A DNA stretch of 63,731 bases, filler included, from Octopus bimaculoides (lineage: Eukaryota): the NCBI RefSeq assembly GCF_001194135.2. It is 6 parts of 6 records of this genome, joined end to end, with 100 filler letters (N's around TTAATTAATTAA, not from the genome) between each part and the next. Parts side by side here need not be neighbours in the genome. Positions count along the whole stretch, not along the records: positions 1 to 18,873 come from NC_068982.1; 5 more parts are not named here. One strand, written 5' to 3'. Position 1 is the stretch's first letter. Every line of letters starts with the position of its first letter. The position numbers and the translations under genes were made by a program. Of the stretch, positions 1 to 12,470 are shown in pieces. The notes beneath the pieces are model-generated. The model worked only from the letters and a program-made list of their open reading frames with translations, searched no databases and was not told the origin of the DNA.

Positions 1-238
1 TGTCAGATTTTGGGTGGTGCATCCTATATCCTGTCATTATTTTTCTTGTTTTCCTGTCTATTTTAGATAGTTCGTTTAGTGTCCAGTTAAGGATGTTGTA
101 GCTGTAGCTTATAACTGGGACAGCTAAAGTGTTGATACCCATTATCTTGTTTTTAGCATTGAGCTCTGTTTTTAGTATTGATCTAACTCGTCTATAGTAC
201 TCTTTCTTTATTTTTTCTTTCATTTGTGTATGTTGTAT
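1..238 (-). mobile_element. R4/Dong-like non-LTR retrotransposon RT C-terminal fragment (5'-truncated, runs off window)
   Basis: Open minus frame IQHTQMKEKIKKEYYRRVRSILKTELNAKNKIMGINTLAVPVISYSYNILNWTLNELSKIDRKTRKIMTGYRMHHPKSD, resembling the post-RT region of R4/Dong-type LINEs. Abuts an (ATT)n tract. Confidence 0.75.
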
Positions 239-240
239 CC

Positions 241-301
<61 letters not shown>
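241..301. repeat. (ATT)20 microsatellite
   Basis: Perfect trinucleotide run. Confidence 0.97.
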
Positions 302-2220
302 GTCGGTGAGCTGGCTGAATTGTTAGCATACTGGACAAAATGCTCAGTGGTATATCGTGTGTCTTTACGTTCGACTTAGCCTTTCATCTTTCGGGGTCGA
401 TGGAATGAGTACCAGTTGAGTACTGGGGTCGATGTAATTGACTATCCCCTCCTCCAAAATTTCAAGCCTGGTGCCTATAGTAGAAAATATTATTATTACT
501 ATTAAGGCGGTAAACTGGCAGAATCGTTACCGCGCCGTGAAAATGCTAAGCGGCATTTCTTCGTTCTGAGTTCAAATGCCACCGGGATTGACTTCATGTT
601 TGACCCGTCGGAGTCGATAAAATAAGTACTATTTGAGCACTGGGGTCGAAGTAATCGACTTGATTATTACCCGGAAATATTGGCTTTCTGCCAATATTTG
701 AAACTATTATTTTTGTTATTATCGTTAAGGCGCAGAGCTAGTGAAGTCGTTAGCACGTCGGGTAAAATACTTCGCAGCATTTCGTCTGTCTTTACGTTCT
801 AAGTTCAAATTCCACCGAGGGTGACTTTACTTTTCATCCTTTCGGGGTTGATAAAATAAGTACTATGTGAGCACTAGGGTCGATAAAATAAATACAAGTT
901 CGAGCACTGGTGTCTCTCCCCCCAAATTTTAAGCCTTGTGTCTATAATACAAAGAATTATTGTTAAAGTAACGAGCTGACAGAGTCGTTAGCACGCAGGG
1001 GAAAACGCTTAGTGATTTTTCATCTGTCATTGCGCTCCGAGTTTCAAATTCCATCGAGGTCAACTTTGCCGTTCATCCTTTCGGGTTCGATAAATTAAGT
1101 ACCAGTGAAACACTAGTGTCGATGTAATCGACTAGTACCCTCGTCCAAAATTTCAGGCCTTGTGCCTTTAGTAGAAAGGATTATTATTATTATCTAGGCA
1201 GCGAGCTGACAGCATCGTTAGCATGTTGGGCAAAACGCTCAGCAGCATTTCATCCGTGCTTAGGTCCTGAGTTCAAATTCCGACAAAGTCGACTTTACCT
1301 TTTATCATTTCGGAGTCGATAAATTAAGTACCAGTAAAATACTGAGGTCGATGTAATCGACTAGGCCCCTCCCCCAAAATCTTGTGCCTTTAGTAGAAAG
1401 GATTCTTATTACCATTATTCCGCCAAGGTCGACTTTGCCTTTCATGGCTTCTTGGTCGATTAAATAACCAGTAGTAGAGCAATGAGGTCGACTATCACCC
1501 TCCCCTAAGATTTCAGGCCTTATGCTTATAAGGCAAAAGATTATTATCATTATTGTTATGTTTAAGGTGGCGAGCTGGCAAAATCGTTTGCGCGATAAGC
1601 AAGTGCTTGGCGGCATTTCATCCGTCAGCACGTTCTCAGTTCAAATTCCACTGTGGTCGACTTTGCCTTTCATCCTTTCGGAGTCGATAAAATAAGTACC
1701 AGTTGAGCAGTGGGGTCGATGTAATCGACTAGATATCTGTCCACAAATTTCGGACTTAGTGCCTCTAGTAGAAAAGATAATTATAATGAACGTGCGAGCT
1801 TGCTGAATCGTTAGCAGATCGGATAAAATGCTGTTCTTTACTTTCAGAGCTCAAATTTCGTTGAGGTCGACTTTGATTTTCATTTTTTCATTCTTTGAGG
1901 TCGATGAAATAAGTACGAGTCAAAAAATGACGTCAGTATAAATGATTTACTCCTCCCCTCAAAATTAATGGCTTTGTACTAAAACTAGAAAATAGCTTTT
2001 ATAACTAAGGCTGAAAGCTGGTAGAATCCTTAGCACCGTCGGACTAAATGCTTAGCGGCATTTGTGCCATCTTTTTACACTCCGAATTCAAATCTCGTCG
2101 AGGTAAATTGTGCCCTTCAGCATTTGGGGTCTCTAAAATAAAATACTCCTTAAATACTGGGGTCAATGACTAACCCCTCCACTAAAATTCCTGGCTTTTT
2201 GCCAAATTTCGAAGCAATCA
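302..2220 (+). mobile_element. Head-to-tail array of ~9 diverged ~220-bp tRNA-headed SINE copies (family A, Deu/Nin-like core)
   Basis: Unit repeats: ggcgagctggcagaatcgttagc (A-box-like), gagttcaaattcc (B-box-like), ctttgcctttcatcctttcggggtcgataaaataagtaccag core, ggcc ttgtgcc...gtagaaag end and (ATT)n spacer. Starts near 302, 505, 727, 965, 1197, 1420 (partial), 1565, 1790, 2005. Confidence 0.85.
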
Positions 2221-2630
2221 TTTTTATGATTATTACGTTGAAGAATTGTTAGAGTAGTATATAATAGCACTTTACATCCTGAATTCAGATTCGCCACTTC
2301 CGAATTTCTCTTTCAACTTTCTAGAATTAACAAAATAGCCTTAGGTCGGCTCTGGTTTATGATGAAACGGATTCTTGAAATAACTATCCAGTATTTTTCA
2401 TTTTCAGGCATATCATACCCGGATACATTATACAGTCTAACCTTCATCTCTGTTTTTTGCTCAAGGCGATAACATGTAATTTAGGGGAAATATGTTGGTT
2501 ATTTCTAGCAAATCAAGCGATTATGTAGGGCTTGGCCTTTAGCTAGAACAGTTATCAGTGAAATTCAGTAGATGTTTAACTACTACCTATTCCCCAAGTA
2601 TGTCATCTTGTTAGAAATCATTATATACAT

Positions 2631-2870
2631 GCTTGCATTTGTGTGTGTGTGTGTGTGTGCGTGTACGCGTGTGCATGCGTGTGTGTTGCGTGCGTGTGTG
2701 CTGTGTGCATATGTGCATGCCTGTGTGCGTGCGTGTATGCGTGTGTTGCGTGCTTGTGTGCGTGTGTATGTGCGGTGTGTGTGGTATGCATATGTGTGTT
2801 TGTTTGTTTGTGTATGTATTATGAGTGTATGTGTTTATGTGTGTGCGTGTGTGTCCACGCGTGTATTGTG
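2631..2870. repeat. Compound (GT)n/(GCGT)n microsatellite
   Basis: Degenerate GT dinucleotide tract. Source of the spurious C/V-rich ORFs. Confidence 0.95.
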
Positions 2871-3374
2871 AATGTACTTTATGTGTATAAACGGGTGATT
2901 AACTGATCTATATTTATATTGGCAAAATCAAAAGAGCGTCGGCCAAAATATTTTGTGGTACAGATTACCTCCCTTTGCAGTAAGTGTTCAAATCCCGTGT
3001 AGATTCACTTCATCGTTTGATGGGCAAATTCCTTTCTTTCAGTATTGACTTGATTTAATAAATTAAAATCGCGGCCTAACACTAATATTCAAAGCTACTA
3101 ATATAATCTATAAATATATAGCTGAGTTTGTGAGTGTGTGTGTATGTGTGTGTATACAATTCATACATTTACACAATTCCAAATTTCTTGTATAATATAT
3201 GTCTATGAGTAACTTTAATAAAATGAGCGCTTCATTAGACTCATTATTTTGCATTGTCTTTTACACTGTTGCTGATATATGTGACCCCTTTGTCTTCAAC
3301 TGTGTATTTCAATGTTTTGTGGTAAAACAAAAATATAATGATGAAAATGATGATGATGACAATAATAATAATGA

Positions 3375-3505
3375 TGGCTTCAAATTGTGCCAGAAGGCCA
3401 GGGATTTCGAGGGAGGAGTTAATTCGATTACATCGAACCCAATGTTCAAATGGTGCTCATTTTATTGATCCCGGAAGGATGAAAAGTAAAGTTGACTTCA
3501 GCGGA
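3375..3505 (-). mobile_element. Family A SINE fragment
   Basis: gatcccggaaggatgaaaagtaaagttgacttcagcggaa is the reverse complement of the family A core. Confidence 0.7.
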
Positions 3506-3509
3506 AGTA

Positions 3510-4235
3510 GTTCGTGCATATGTTTGGGTGTATTATTGTATTTTGTTTGTATTGTTTGTGCAGTGTGTGTGTATACGTGTGGGTATGTGTGGACGTGTGT
3601 GTATACGTGTGGGTTTGTGTGAGTGTGTCTATGTGTCTTGTATTTGTCAGGGAGGTGTGTGTTATTGTGCGTGTGTGTGCATGTGCGTGTGTGTGCATGT
3701 GCGTGTGTGTGTATGTATGTGTGTGTGTGTCTGTGAGTGTTTGTTTTAATTGTTGGGATTGTATTGCGTGTATATATGTGTGTATTTTTTCTTTGAGTGT
3801 GTATGTGTGATTTTTTGTTGAGGAACGGGCATATTGTGTTTGTGTGTGTGTACATATGTGTGTATATATGCGTGTATGTGTGTTGTATTTGCGTGTTTGT
3901 GTGTATATCTGTGTATGTGTGGGCGTGCTTTTGTGAGTGTGCCTTGTAATTGTCAGGGCGGTGTGTGTAGGTGTGTGTATGTAGTGTTTACGTATGCGTG
4001 TATGTGGGTGTGTCTGTGTTTGTGAGTGTTAGTTGTGATTGCTAGAATCGTATTGCATGTGTATATATGTGTGTGTTTTTTCTTGGAATGTGTGTGGTTT
4101 GTGTTCGAGCGTGGGATTTTAGTGTTTGTGCGTCTGTGTATGTATGTGTGTGTGTTTGTGTGGGAGGTTTGCATTGTATTTGTGTGTGTGTGTGTGCATC
4201 TGTGTGCTTCTGTGTGTTTTTGTTGTGGATGTGTA
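3510..4235. repeat. Long degenerate GT-rich microsatellite/minisatellite
   Basis: ~700 bp of interrupted (GT)n with recurring blocks such as tgtaattgtcaggg.ggtgtgt. Confidence 0.9.
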
Positions 4236-4247
4236 CCGGAAGGTATG

Positions 4248-6425
4248 TTAGAGTATGTTCAGTTGAGGTCTGTATTTTTGAATACGTATATTTTCCTTAT
4301 TTATTCGTGTTTTGTTAGTGGTGTTATCTGGGCATTGGTACAGTGGAAAAACTAGGAATTTGGGGGACTTGTTTTGTGCACAGAGATCTAGGTGGCTACT
4401 AAATGGTAACTGTCTTGTGGTGGGGTCCCTCATTTGTTGGCGGTGGACTGTCATCCTGTCTCTGACAGTAGACTAGTCTGCCCTTTGTAGTCTTTGTTGC
4501 ACCCTTCACACCCAAACGCATACAGAAAATTCTTTGATGAGCAGGTGAAGTTATTTTTTACGACAAAAGTGTGTCCTGACTGGAATTTGTATATTTCTCC
4601 TTCAATGAGGTGGATGCAAGTCCTGCAGTTAGATCGATCACATTTTTTCGCGGTAGGTGTCGGGCTTGTGTTGGGTAATTTTGCATTGGTGAGTAAGTTT
4701 TTTTTAGGGATTTGGGTTGTCTCTTGCTTTTATTATTTTATGGGTTTCGACTCCTTTTTTTTAGACATGGGTTTTGACTCAGTAGTGAGATGATCTTGTA
4801 TATAATCGTGTAAGCTTCTGTATTTCTTGGATTGTGTGTTGAGAGAATTGGAAGACTATTCAATGTACCTTGGGTGTGTTTCAGTTTTCGTAAGTCTTGG
4901 ATATCGATTGTCTTGGCCCGTTCTATTCCATTGTCAACTAATAATGCTGGGTACTGTCTTTCGAAAAGAATTGCCTTTAGTTCTTGGAGTCTTTTATTTC
5001 GTGTTCTATAATTTGAGACAATTGTACTATTCTCGCTAGATTGAAGGGGATGTTTGTCTTAGTGTGCTTTGGGTGATTGGAGGTGAACAGGAGGTTATTG
5101 TGTGGAATCAGTTGATTTGTAGTGGATATCAGTTTCAATGTTGGTGCCCTTTTTTATAATAAGAATGTCTAGCAATGGAAGTTGGTCTTGACTATATTCT
5201 ACTGTAAAGTGGATATGGTTGTTGACACTGTTGATTAAATTTTTGAATTCATTGAGTTGGTCGAGTGTGTAGGACCATAGGATGAGGCAGTCATTCAAGT
5301 AGCGTTTCCAATTCTCCAACAGGTATTTTGATTTGGATTGTTCATAGATTTGTAATTCTAGGTAGGCCCTCACCAGATTGGCATAAGTTGGGGCAACTTG
5401 GTAGCCATAGCAGTCCCTGATATCTGTCTGTAGGTATTATTATTAAAAGTTAAGAAATTGTTTTGGAGGATAATTCTTTTTTTATTCTCTCCGGGACCTC
5501 ATTGGGGTATTTTTTTTAACCAGAACGACTTCCAATCCACATTGATGTGAGATCGTAGTATAACGGTTTATCACATCAAAAGAGACGATGAGAATGTCTT
5601 TTTTGGTATGTTTGGGGAGGTGGTTTAGGAGGTCCAGGTCATCTGTTACAATACTTGGTATGTGTTTAAGTATTGGTTTTAAGAGTATATCAATGGAGTT
5701 GCTTAATCTGTGTGTTTCACAGTTTGGGCCTGCCACAATTGCTCTCGCTTTGAGATTAGTGGGAAGTAGTACAGTGATGCAGGTTGAGGTGGATTTTTTG
5801 CAATCTTCGGTCATCATTTTGCTCTTGTGGATTTTCGGAAGCCCGTAGAGGTTGCTGGTTTTGCAATCAAAATTTGTTAGGTAGTCGGATTCCTTTGCCG
5901 TTAAACTATTTTGATGTTAACAAAAGTGTGTGTTTAATTTAGAAATTGTTTTTGTTTGCTGGCAGTTGACTACTCTTTCATAGTAGGTAGTATCTTGTAA
6001 GAGGTGAGATACACAGTTATTGTATTGTTCAGTGTCCAAAATTACGATAGTACTACCCTTATCTGCTTCCTAGATTGTGATGTCATAACTATTTTGTAAC
6101 TCGTAGATGATTTCCCATTCCGTTTTACTGGTATTAGATTTGGGTTTAGGTTGTGGTAGTTCACTATAAGGGAAGTTTGAAAAGTAGTCACAAAATTTGT
6201 CCTGAGTTTTGTTTCTGCCTTTTGTAGGATTGTAATTGCTCTTATTGCGAACCATTGATTCAGCATTATTATTTTCCATGTCAAAAATTACTCTGTGAGG
6301 CGTAATTTTCTGAAAAAGTGTGAGACATTATCATGTATTTCACTGACGTTAGGGTATTGTGGAGTTGGAGTGAATTTCAGTCCTTTTGAGAGGATTTTGA
6401 TTTGAGCCACCTCAAAGAAAACACA
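4248..6425 (-). mobile_element. Decayed near-full-length Penelope-like element (RT + GIY-YIG, Cys-linker/Neptune-like)
   Basis: Ordered minus-strand motifs with frameshifts: ILSKGLKFTPTP; DKGSTIV; NLYGLPKIHK; RAIVAGPNCETHRLS..SFDV; NWKRYLNDCLILW; LPLLDILI; KKCDRSNCRTCIHL; KNFLYAFGCEGCNKDYKGQT; RMTVHRQQ...KYRPQLN*. Confidence 0.92.
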
Positions 6426-6430
6426 AATAG

Positions 6431-6675
6431 TGAGCGGTGTTCCACACGTCACTGTATTGGGACCATTGCTTTTCATAGTGGCCCTCTCAGATATGTTATC
6501 AACTATCCCAATAACCACCCTTGCTAGGTATGCGGACGATACGAGAGTCTCGCAGAAAATACAGAACCCCATTGGTGTTGCACGCCTGCAGCAGGAGTTG
6601 GACTAAATTTACAGATGGGCTGAGGATGATAATATGCAGTTTAATGCTGAAAGATTCCAAGTCATGTGCTCCCTA
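6431..6675 (+). mobile_element. CR1/L2-type LINE reverse transcriptase fragment
   Basis: VSGVPHVTVLGPLLFIVALSDM...ARYADDTRVSQKI...LQQELD*IYRWAEDDNMQFNAERFQVM contains SGVPQG-like and YADD motifs. One stop; ends at a gap. Confidence 0.85.
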
Positions 6676-6955
6676 NNNNNNNNNNNNNNNNNNNNNNNNN
6701 NNNNNNNNNNNNNNNNNNNNNNNNNNNNNNNNNNNNNNNNNNNNNNNNNNNNNNNNNNNNNNNNNNNNNNNNNNNNNNNNNNNNNNNNNNNNNNNNNNNN
6801 NNNNNNNNNNNNNNNNNNNNNNNNNNNNNNNNNNNNNNNNNNNNNNNNNNNNNNNNNNNNNNNNNNNNNNNNNNNNNNNNNNNNNNNNNNNNNNNNNNNN
6901 NNNNNNNNNNNNNNNNNNNNNNNNNNNNNNNNNNNNNNNNNNNNNNNNNNNNNNN

Positions 6956-7050
6956 ATATATAGGGAAAAGAACCAAGGTTCATGAACTCATCAATGAAAA
7001 CCCACTGTCACATATAGAAAAATTAATAAGTAAAAGCATAACTTATATTT
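6956..7050. repeat. ~90-bp dispersed repeat, copy 1 (copy 2 at 8283-8370)
   Basis: agggaaaagaaccaaggttcatgaactcatcaatgaaaacccactgtcacatatagaaa vs agggaaaagaaccaagtttcaagaactcatcgatgaaaatcctctatcacacatagaaa. Confidence 0.75.
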
Positions 7051-7976
7051 ATATATATACATAGCATTGTAACTTTCTTAGTGATGGATCTAAAAACTTA
7101 TTCAACAATAATAGATTTGTTTGTCATTTGTATTAAATAAAGACGCCCTTGAGCAAGTATCTAAAGATATCAGATTTATTTATGTTTTATGTTAAAATAA
7201 AGGAGACTTTCAATTTTCAACCACGCAAACGCTTTCCCTTTGGGTACTAAAAGAAACACATTTTTTCCCGTTAAAACGCTTTTCCTTTTACTTTTTCAAA
7301 GTAAATCGAGTTTCACTCGTGGATTTCTTTTGACGTGCAGTGTAATATAGATTATTCATTGCTTAGAAAGTCTAAGTGAACAGTGGAATGAATTTATCAC
7401 TCTATGTATTTCTAGTTTTGTTTTTGTATCGACGTAAAAAATGACCAGCTCTCTATTGGAAGTTAGTTCCGTATCCCAGCGTTTCATTCTCTCTCACCAC
7501 TAATGTTAACCCAGTCATTACTTTATGACAACCATGCTTACCACATCTTGCTATACAGATCTTCCAATTCTGCCTCGGGAATATAATAATTAAAATTTAC
7601 CAGCTGATGAGATTTTGGATAGTATAATCCAGGAGATACTGTTGAAAAAGTCTAATTTCGATATTGCCAACAAAACTATTATACTATCATTCTCTTCCTT
7701 GTGAATCTCAAGTCTGTTACACTTTCTAAGTTTGGAAAATAATTCCATAAAATTGTTCTTAAAAATATACGACATCGCTAAGCAACTGTTGTTTTCTACA
7801 ATTTCTATGACCCTTAGTATCTGTCGTGCCCTTAACTTTAATAATGACAACACATAAAAGATTCTTTTATTATGAACACAACTTTACGAGTTAAATAAAT
7901 CCTAACTTGAATATTTTGATAGTACGTGTACACACGCGTCTATACATATGCACACACACGCATACATTTCTACAAG

Positions 7977-8013
<37 letters not shown>

Positions 8014-8282
8014 ATTGTGTCTCTCTCTATATATATGTTTATATGTGTATGTAACTTATACACGTATATATGTATGTGTATACATACACACACACATATG
8101 TGTGTGTATATATATGCATGTATGTATATATATATGTGTGTGTTGATGTATATATATATATATATATATAATATTAGGGACAAAATCCAAAATTACAGGT
8201 AAAAACTCAATTAAAATCAATTTATAAAAAATTAAAATTAAATTGAGCTTTATAGATTAAAATATATATAAAAATATATAGT

Positions 8283-8370
8283 TTTAGGGAAAAGAACCAA
8301 GTTTCAAGAACTCATCGATGAAAATCCTCTATCACACATAGAAACATTAATAATTAAAAGCACAATAAAT
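8283..8370. repeat. ~90-bp dispersed repeat, copy 2
   Basis: Direct similarity to 6956-7050. Confidence 0.75.
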
Positions 8371-10974
8371 GAGTGTAATATAAAACAAAGTAAATATCAT
8401 AAAATAAAGGTAATAAAATGACTAAACGTGTTTCATAACTAATTTTCAAATAGAAAGGAAATTTAAATCGATTTAAATCAATTAAAATTATCGAAAACAA
8501 ATTCTATTCAAAAATACACCTAATCGTCAGGTCGTAAATAGAACAATAATTATAATAAATAAATATATATATAAACCAACAATAAGTACCAAATGAATTT
8601 ATATAAAATACTTATTTTATAAAGATAGAAAAATTATTAAAAATAACAAAATATCAAAATAATAAACATACCATAATCATCCCTACATCCATTATAATAT
8701 ATGCTAACATTTATATTATATATAAAAACCAGCTTACATAAATTATTATCGTTTTAAATACAATTTAAACGAAGTTTAAGGTTAAAATAATAATAAAGAT
8801 AAAATTAGTACATATTTAACCGGTGGAATATTTAAAGCTATACTATTTAAAACTAAAAACGTTTATTTAATTACCATTAAAAATCAATTGAAAAATAGAA
8901 AACTACAAGAATACTTATTTCTACAAACGTAGAAATAAAAATAAAAATATGAATGAAAAAATTATGAATGAAAAAATTAAGAATGAAAAAAATTATTAAG
9001 TATAAAAGATTAAACTTTATATATACTAAGTTTTAATAAAAAACCTTTAACGATATTATAAACAATAAAGACTAATTATTAATCAAATATCATTAATCAA
9101 AAATAATCGAAAATATAACAACACTATTCAAATCGAAGTCTTATATTATGTTGAAATGATACTCTAACTTCTAAATAATTTAGTTTAAATAAGTTATCTA
9201 TTAAAAATAATCTTTAAAAAAAACCAAATGAATAATATAAAAAACAAGAATGCATATTATTTTCAAATTGTAGAAAATCATTTAGCTAAACAACAACAAC
9301 AATCATTACGATAACTAAATTGCTGGAAACAGTAAGTACCTGGAGATATCCAGAGGAACAATTTATCATGACCTCTCGTCATAAAAGTAGTAACAGCAGT
9401 AAGACAGTTAAGAAAGTGCTTAATAAACAATGTATTCCTATATATGCCTAAAAAAGGCAAGATAGTTACAGCTGGAATACCTTTGACCATAGTATTTTTG
9501 CTTCATCTGTACTAACCTGGGATTAATTAGTTATATTATGCTACATCTTTTATCAATGCTATCAAATGGAGAAAATTACCTTCTCTTCTGTGACAAAGGA
9601 AAACAGAAGAGACCTTCAAAATGGACTTGGTAAATATTTGGCATAATTCTAAGTATTCAGACATTAACAGACATTCAACGAGTTCGTGGGAGTCTCTTTT
9701 GTTGTTCTGCTTACGTCACGCACACATTCGACTGATTGTACTACTATACACAGATAGTTTCCATTGAAGAGGTAAGTCTTTGGTAGCATCGCCAGACAAA
9801 AGGGTTATGCAAATATAATCACTGGTCGAAAGTTCTAAAAGTTGTCTAAAGAATACTCATTGTTGGTCTTGCTTTCTATTCAATACAATGACAATCAAAT
9901 GTAAGAGGTATGTCTAGGCCATGAGTGCAGTGAATGGCTTAATGGTCTGAGCATTAGTCATGAGTGGAACAGGTGGAGCATTGGTCATATATGTTGAATA
10001 GTTTGACGATTGCTTATGAATAGAATAGTTGAGTGTTCGCTGTGAGTGTAGTAACAGATTGAGTATTGTCCTTGAGTAAAATAGTTTGAGTAACGGCCGT
10101 GAATTGAAGAGGTTGAAAGCTGTTCATGAACGTAGTACTCGAATATCATTCACAAATATAAATATTTGAGTTCTGGTTGTGGATGTAATAGTCGAAAGCC
10201 TAGCAGCTGGAAGACTAGCGTCTTGTTAACAGTTAGATGATAACAGTTTTCTTAACTTCTGAATTGACAAAAACGAAAAAAAGCTTTTTTCTTCTAAAAG
10301 TTGTCTGTGCTGCATTTTAGCAGTATGAACTCGGTTCAAATAAGACATATTTTTTGCTTTTATTCTTGTTCGACAAAAAATGCGTATTTTTTTTTGGCAT
10401 ATTGCTCTTTTATCTACCGATCACAACTAAAGTCTTTCGTAGCGGCATGTCTCACAGCACTTAACTTAGAGTATTTACCTATCGCCAAATTTAGATTTTT
10501 CTACAATAATATTGTCAATTTAATTTTTCAAACAAAGCAAAAATCTCATGATATATCGAAGTGTTGCAGTTTAGAATAAAAGCTTATCTACATATGTGCT
10601 GATGAAGAGCTTCTCTGTAACAGTGTGTTGTTGTCTTACATCCATTTCTTGTTTGTGTGGTGAAGTGAAGGGTCCAACACCATCCCACTATGATATTCTC
10701 GATTGATATTCTCCACTCGATGTTCTCAAGACTGCTCGCTGGGAAACTGTGTTTGCATGTATTTTATATTTAAGTCCTCGTTTGTTATTTTGTTACAGCT
10801 AGTTATATTGAGATGGTCTTTTTTTGCTATTTCTATTACTGATTTTCTAAGCAAAGAACCTTCAAATGACCATGCTCTCCATAAAGAAAGAATCCTAATT
10901 TTCAGCTTGCAAGTTACCTATCCTAAATTCTTTATCTTACACCACCACCACCACAATAGTAACAATAATGATGC

Positions 10975-11510
10975 AGTACCAGGCAGTGGCTTTCATGGCT
11001 TCTGATCTTAACAGATTGGAAGTGTTATGCACATTGTTTTGTCTTGATATAAAAGATGGGCTGCAGCAAATATTCTGCTCAATACCACATATTTGTTTGT
11101 CAGTTGCTTGACCTTAACCAGCTGAGTATGTCTTCTGGTGGTTAACGTCATGTGTACCTCTGGTCACGAGCAGAAGTAGTGGGGAAGCATCATAGCTATG
11201 TGTTGAGAGGAATTCTTTGGGGTTTGGAAACATGGGTGTTTTGTTCATCATCCTTAAACAACCCTTATTTAGGGACCTTTTGAGCGGAATGTGCTACTCG
11301 ACCTGAAGAAAATTCTAACTGGGCCCCACCCGCGAGGTCATGCGCTGTTTATCTTGATATGAAATCACCATGTCGCGTACATATGGTTGTGTTGCATGTG
11401 CCTGGTGTACTCTTATCGAACGGGTAATCATGATGGGTATACTGCGCTTCGTATATTTTATTTCGTATATTTTATACTTTGATGGCATGCACTGCTCACT
11501 CACTCAATAA
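10975..11510. mobile_element. ~530-bp non-coding interspersed repeat (family G), with partial tandem copy at 11530-11660
   Basis: Reverse-complement match to 32890-33430 over most of its length (e.g. ctactcgacctgaagaaaattctaac, aacaacccttatt.agggacc, atctcaccatgtcgcg). Flanked by (AAT)n. Confidence 0.8.
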
Positions 11511-12317
11511 TAATAATAATAATCATATACAGTGGCTCCCACGGCTTCTGATTTTAATTAATTGGAAGTGTTAAGAAGTGCATGTCTTGTCTTGTTGTAA
11601 AAATGGGCTGCTGCAAATATTTTGCTCAATGCCACAGGTTTGCTTCTCAGTTATTTGACCTTTCCAATGACTGTATTACCCATGTATCCATGATGAGATG
11701 CTAGGGTATAATTCGCGGGTGTTTTTGCCGCTATTTCTACCAAGTCTAGCGACTACACAAAGGCTTCTGTTTCTTTGTTGCAGTTGTTTTTTTCATTAGT
11801 CTGTATTGTTTCTGTTATTATCGGTGTCCGGTTCCAAGTCGTAATTATCCATTCTTTTCATTCCAGAAATGGTGTGTCGGGGAATATAATACTCAATGCT
11901 TCTTTTATTTTAAAGACAGGAGAGTGTGATTTAGCTGAGATCTGACACTATTTTGTGTAGTAAAGTGTTGTTGTGTCTATTCATGAACTGTTGCTGCTGT
12001 TGGTATGGTTTATGCCAGCGTTCTTGCAGTTATATGAACAATTATTACCACTATGCTGATAACTGATATCCCCACTTCCGTTTGAAAGAAAAAAGCTTTT
12101 ACTTCTACCGTCATGAAAAATATCTCCTGTTATCACACTCGTGCACATATTCATGACAGAATGAAAAACAAAGTAAATTTACAATTCCTTTTCTTAGATG
12201 ATGAGTACACCAAGCTGGAATGTTCTCCTCTTCCTTCTCCTCATCGTCTCATACACTTCAATATAATAATCCTTTCCACTACATGCACAAGAATTGAAAG
12301 TTTGGGAGAGGGAGATA

Positions 12318-12470
12318 GTCGATTATATTGACCCCAGCCGCCAACTGGCATTTATTTAATCGACCCCGAAGGGATGAATGCAAAGTCAACCTCGGTGGAA
12401 TTTGTACTCAGAGCATTAAGACAGATGAACCTTCGCTAAGCATATACTCCGGTGTGCTAACGTTTCTATC
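12318..12470 (-). mobile_element. Family A SINE copy
   Basis: atcgaccccgaagggatgaatgcaaagtcaacctcggtggaattt...ctaagc..gtgctaacg. Confidence 0.8.

Noticed and set aside
2572-4355. Many C/V/H/T-rich ORFs (also ~22.6, 30.2-30.9, 45.8 and 63.4 kb)
   Set aside because: Translations of (GT)n, (CA)n, (GA)n and (TA)n microsatellites.
8200-9280. Possible mitochondrial insertion (very AT-rich)
   Set aside because: No recognisable mitochondrial gene, tRNA or rRNA motif.
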